NCBI GenBank assembly: GCA_012862495.1
Contig: BLSG01000370.1
Span: forward strand, 1 to 33,524
Source: Thraustochytrium aureum
Lineage: Eukaryota
Direction of reading: 5' to 3'
DNA length: 33,524 nucleotides
This document shows, piece by piece, positions 29,201 through 33,524 of this stretch. The notes under the pieces were generated by a model, which worked only from the letters and a program-made list of their open reading frames with translations, had not been told where the DNA came from and did not search any database. The stretch's first letter is position 1. Every line of letters begins with the position of its first letter. A program made the translations under genes and the position numbers.

Positions 29201-29891
29201 TCGAGTCCAGGGCCGGAGACGCGTGGATTGTCAGGCCTGAGAGCAGGCTACCAACAGCGCCGGCCCCTGCCCCAGCGGACTCGCTGGCTTGCTCCGTGTC
29301 CGTCGCGCTGACTGGCTCGACGTCCAACGAATCGCGCGACTCGGCTTCCGAGGTCGACCCAATCGAGCTGCCGTCGCGGCGCGCAAACCCGGGGAGCCGC
29401 GAGCCGCGCTTTTTCTTGACGTTGGCCGGCTTTATGACGGCCGCTGGCGCGAGCAGGTCGATCTCGCCATCTTGCGCTGCGAGCTGCGCAGCAAGTGCGC
29501 TCGCAGACCCGATGCTTGGCGCCGGGGCTACCGCCGCGGCTGGCCATTCGACCGCTCCGCTCTCCTCCTCGACCTGCGCGCCCCCTGCGGCGGCCGCTTC
29601 GAGGGGCTCGGCGTCGCCACCTGTCCCGAGGAACGAAAACGACGAGACCGGGTTCGGCGCATCCTGTTGCGTCGCGCCCTGGCCAGCCTGCAAGAATCCA
29701 AAAGCAGACGCAGGCGGCGCCGGTGGCGCGGACGCCTTTGGCGCGGGAGCCGTCGGCGGCGCCGAGGCTGGCGCGCCAAGAAAGCTAAACATGGAAGTTT
29801 TCGGAGGCCCGTCATTTCCCAACCCATCGTCCTTCCCCTCCCCCTTGCTCGTCCCGCCCACTTTCAGGTTGAGCCCGCCAAACAGACTCAT
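26269..29891 (-). CDS. Large coiled-coil protein with UVR-like hairpin motifs and acidic termini (spans a gap)
   Basis: ATG at 29891 (MSLFGGLNLK). Repeated S/G-F-S/G-F-L motifs in a disordered N-terminus, a long coiled coil, and UVR-like motifs ALEAEDFDKADRL, AVSTRNFKEAGRV and, after the gap, AEEFEIAAELDETL. The C-terminal part is taken from the 26269 ORF. Confidence 0.8.
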
Positions 29892-30387
29892 CCTCGCTCG
29901 CAGCCCACTNNNNNNNNNNNNNNNNNNNNNNNNNNNNNNNNNNNNNNNNNNNNNNNNNNNNNNNNNNNNNNNNNNNNNNNNNNNNNNNNNNNNNNNNNNN
30001 NNNNNNNNNNNNNNNNNNNNNNNNNNNNNNNNNNNNNNNNNNNNNNNNNNNNNNNNNNNNNNNNNNNNNNNNNNNNNNNNNNNNNNNNNNNNNNNNNNNN
30101 NNNNNNNNNNNNNNNNNNNNNNNNNNNNNNNNNNNNNNNNNNNNNNNNNNNNNNNNNNNNNNNNNNNNNNNNNNNNNNNNNNNNNNNNNNNNNNNNNNNN
30201 NNNNNNNNNNNNNNNNNNNNNNNNNNNNNNNNNNNNNNNNNNNNNNNNNNNNNNNNNNNNNNNNNNNNNNNNNNNNNNNNNNNNNNNNNNNNNNNNNNNN
30301 NNNNNNNNNNNNNNNNNNNNNNNNNNNNNNNNNNNNNNNNNNNNNNNNNNNNNNNNNNNNNNNNNNNNNNNNNNGCCTGCGGGAAGA

Positions 30388-31800
30388 ATGGCAATGAGGG
30401 CGGCGGCGGCGCTGGCGGCGCTGGCGGCGCTGGCGAGCGTGGTCTGCGCTGGGAATGAACGGGGCGAGGTGATGGTTTCTGAGGAGGGCGGCAAGTTCGA
30501 CTCGAGCTCGGGCAAGTGCGCAGCGACGGTGAGTTGAGTTGGGGCATGGGGGACTGCGCGTTGTTGGGTCGGAAGGTGCGAGACGCGCGGCGCTGACGTG
30601 TTGCGGGGTTTGGTGCAGCCTGGGTCGCCCTCGAGCTGGGGCCACGCGTACATGGGTGGGAGCGTTGAGCCGCTGGAGTTCTACACGTCCATGTTCAGCG
30701 CGCAGTTTCCTTGCGATCCTCTTCCCGTCGTTGTGGCCGAGCCGGAGGACGCCTGCATGGAGCCTCTCATCGACGTCAAGGGGAAGGCAGTCCTTGTGAG
30801 TCGCCAAGGCTGCTCATTTGCGACGAAGGCGCAGCTGCTCGCCAACGCGGGCGCCTCCGCCATGGTGCTCGCCAATCAGGTCGACAACACGCTGTTCGCG
30901 ATGCCCGACACGGACATCGAGCCTGGCCCCTTGACAACCCACAACACGATTGTTAGTGTGATGGTACGACATCGAACGATGCAGATCATCAAGCATCACC
31001 TGCAGTCAGCGCCGAACTCGCGAATCCTCTTCGTTGGCGAGTTCTCGAGCGACGGACTCGGCTACGACCTTCGTGCGTGTGGGGCGTGCTCTGAAGCGAA
31101 AAATGGTGACGCTGTTTCTGACACCGTGCGTGCCTCGATGACGAAGGTCTTTCGAGGAGGCCGTCTGCACGCCAGTCCGCACAAGGATCGACTCCTGGCT
31201 CTCGCGCAGGACGCCGAGCGACTCACCGTTGACTTTTTGGTGGGCTACGTGGGCGGCGCGCTGCCAATCTTGGACGTCGCGAGGCTTGTCCTCCCTGAAG
31301 AAGCCAACGAAAACGGCTGCGACGCTTTTTCTGCGCAAGTTCCGCCTGGTTGCTTTCTTTTGCTCAAGCGCGGCACATGCACGTTTGGGGAAAAGCTAGG
31401 CAACGCCTATCGTGCTGGCGCCTGGGGCGTCGTGGTGGAAAACACCGATTCTGAAATCATCCTGCCTGGTATTTCGGAGACGGAGATGGATGCCTTCTCG
31501 ATATCTTTCAACAAAGGCAGCCTTCTCGCGTCGCCAATCGTTTTCCAGCGTGGAGGCCGATTGCTTCGGCACAAGGTCGCTGCGACCAATGACCCCATTT
31601 GGATTCGCTTTGAGCCAACCAACCTCAGCATCCAGGACCTCAAGAAGCTCGACACTTCTATAGACGAGCTCGCCTTTTGGCTTTCTGGATCTGCGGACCA
31701 CGTCGTGTCGGAGCAGGACCTCGCCGAGCTCGTGCAGCAACTCGGACTCTCAGGCGACGGCGAGGCGAAGCTACGTGCCCATTTTGCGAGCCGCGGATAG
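30388..31800 (+). CDS. Secreted protein with two tandem PA (protease-associated) domains; exons 30388-30528 and 30619-31800
   Basis: Signal peptide MAMRAAAALAALAALASVVCA. PA motifs PEDAC...KAVLVSRQGCSFATKAQLLANAGASAMVLAN and NGC...LLKRGTCTFGEKLGNAYRAGAWGVVVEN. Confidence 0.82.
30529..30618 (+). other. Spliceosomal intron (90 bp, phase 0)
   Basis: GTGAGT donor, GCTGAC branch site at 30592-30597 and TGCAG acceptor. It joins the signal-peptide exon in frame to the PA ORF. Confidence 0.85.
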
Positions 31801-32132
31801 CCAGTGACACAGAAACGCAAGCAACCGGAAGAGCCCACCTTGTAACATTTTGCCGCTGCTCCGAAGAAAGTAGGGCAGGGTCACGCAGACCAATGTCGCC
31901 CTGAGCCGCGGTCAGCCCCAGTCGTCATGTTGGTCGCGCCGAGGGCTCGCGCCGAGGGCTCGGAGACAGACAAGGCTGGATGCACACGAAAACGCGAGAA
32001 AGGAGACTGAAGCGGAGTTGGAAATGTTGAATTGATGCCGAAAGGAACAGAATAGGGAAAGCAAGCAGGCAAGGAATCCCCAAGCGCACGCCTCGCCCCT
32101 CGGGGCAATCTTGCCGCGCCAAGCCCTCTGCT

Positions 32133-33524
32133 TTAAAAGTTGCACGAGTTGGGGTACCGCGGGAAGGGGATCACGTCGCGGATGTTGTGNNNNNNNNNNN
32201 NNNNNNNNNNNNNNNNNNNNNNNNNNNNNNNNNNNNNNNNNNNNNNNNNNNNNNNNNNNNNNNNNNNNNNNNNNNNNNNNNNNNNNNNNNNNNNNNNNNN
32301 NNNNNNNNNNNNNNNNNNNNNNNNNNNNNNACAAACATGACGAGGCGCTCAAAACCCATTCCAAAGCCAGCGTGAGGAACTGTGCCAAAGCGGCGAAGGT
32401 CGCAGTACCAGGAGAACTCCTCGACGGGCAAGTTCATGTCACGGATGCGCTGCTCGAGCTTGCCAAGGTCCTCCTCACGCGCCGAGCCGCCGACGACCTC
32501 GCCGATCCGCGGGACGAGGATATCCATGGCCTGGACAGTAAGGCGGCCCTTATCGTCGAGCGGGTTCTGCTTCATGTAAAAGGCCTTGATGTCCGCCGGG
32601 TAGTTGGTGAGGATCACAGGCTTTTGGTACACCTTCTCTGCGAGGTACCGCTCGTGCTCCGAGCCCAAGTCGATGCCCCAATGCGGGTGCTCCTCAAACG
32701 CCCCGGCCTTGAGGTGCTCTGGCTGGTTGAGGAGCTCGATGGCCTCGGTGTAGGTGAGGCGCTGGAAAGGGTTGTCAATTACGTTCTTGAGGCGCTCCAC
32801 GAGGCCCTTCTCGACACGCTCGTCAAAGAAGGCCACGTCGCTGGCGCAGTGGTCCAGGACAAACTGGGCCAGGTACTTGAGGAAGTCCTCTGCCAAGTTC
32901 ATGTCGTCCTCGAGCGTGGCAAAGCAGATCTCTGGCTCGATCATCCAGAACTCGGCGAGGTGGCGCGACGTGTTCGAGTTCTCTGCGCGGAACGTGGGCC
33001 CAAACGTGTACACGTCCGAGAGTGCGCAGGCGTACGTCTCGACGTTGAGCTGGCCACTGACTGTCAAAAAGGACGGGCGCCCGAAAAAGTCCTTCTTGTA
33101 GTCGACGTCGCCAACCTTGGGCGGATGCTTCTCGCCAGCGCGCGCCGCGGCGACCTTGGCGTCCACGAGCGGTAGCTGGCCCCCGTTCTTCTCCGCCTGG
33201 CTCAGCAAGGTGGTCACAGCGAACATCTCGCCAGCACCTTCGCAGTCGGAGGCTGTGATGAGCGGCGTGTGCACGTAGAGGAATCCGCGCTCGTGGAAGA
33301 ACTGGTGGACCGCCTGCGCGCACGCGTTGCGCACGCGGGCGACGGCGCCGACCAGGTTGGTCCGGGCGCGCAGGTGCGCGTTCTCGCGCAAAAACTCGAC
33401 ACTGTGACCCGCCGTGCCCTTGCCCGTCTTCTTGAGTGGGTATTCGTTCTGGTCGATCGCGCCGAGCACTGTCACCTCGGTGGCCTTGATCTCTACTGCC
33501 TGGCCCTTTGCTGGCGACTTGACC
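32133..33524 (-). CDS. asnS: Asparagine--tRNA ligase (bacterial/organellar-type AsnRS), 5' end outside window, small gap near 3' end
   Basis: HLRARTN, TPLITASDCEGAGEMF, FLTVSGQL, YTFGPTFRAENSNTSRHLAEFWMIEPE, WGIDLGSEHERYL and PHAGFGMGFERL. After the gap the frame reads HNIRDVIPFPRYPNSCNF* (TAA 32133-32135). Confidence 0.96.

Noticed and set aside
31934..31962. 13-bp tandem duplication TCGCGCCGAGGGC in the convergent intergenic region
   Set aside because: Only two copies; ordinary slippage with no evidence of function.
32133..33524. Bacterial-type AsnRS as contamination or recent horizontal transfer
   Set aside because: Bacterial/organellar-type AsnRS is widespread in eukaryotic nuclei, and its codon usage matches the neighbouring genes.

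Overview
Gene-dense, GC-rich, intron-poor eukaryotic genomic DNA from a flagellated protist. Short GT-AG introns with GCTRAC branch sites and a ciliary B9D1 gene support this; a stramenopile or thraustochytrid-like origin is only my inference. The draft scaffold has 11 N-gaps. About 16 genes are present, mostly in head-to-head pairs: EMG1/Nep1, acetolactate synthase small subunit, a GT31 (C1GALT1-like) glycosyltransferase, a stand-alone tryptophan synthase alpha, an Sfp/AASDHPPT-type PPTase, two coiled-coil proteins, a hypothetical ORF, B9D1, a USP deubiquitinase, an App1-like HAD phosphatase, condensin II CAP-H2, an ACOT8/TesB thioesterase, a secreted tandem-PA protein and a bacterial-type AsnRS. 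The most interesting locus (12725-15349, minus strand) is hidden across three ORFs by frameshifts. It encodes a secreted galactose-oxidase-like copper radical oxidase (AA5) with all catalytic ligands visible, fused to a C-terminal domain resembling the C-terminal propeptide/secretion domain of Pseudoalteromonas haloplanktis alpha-amylase. Two spacer-less minisatellites (38 bp and 36 bp units) lie in gene 3' flanks. I found no rRNA, tRNA, CRISPR array or transposase. All family calls come from motif recognition, not database searches.
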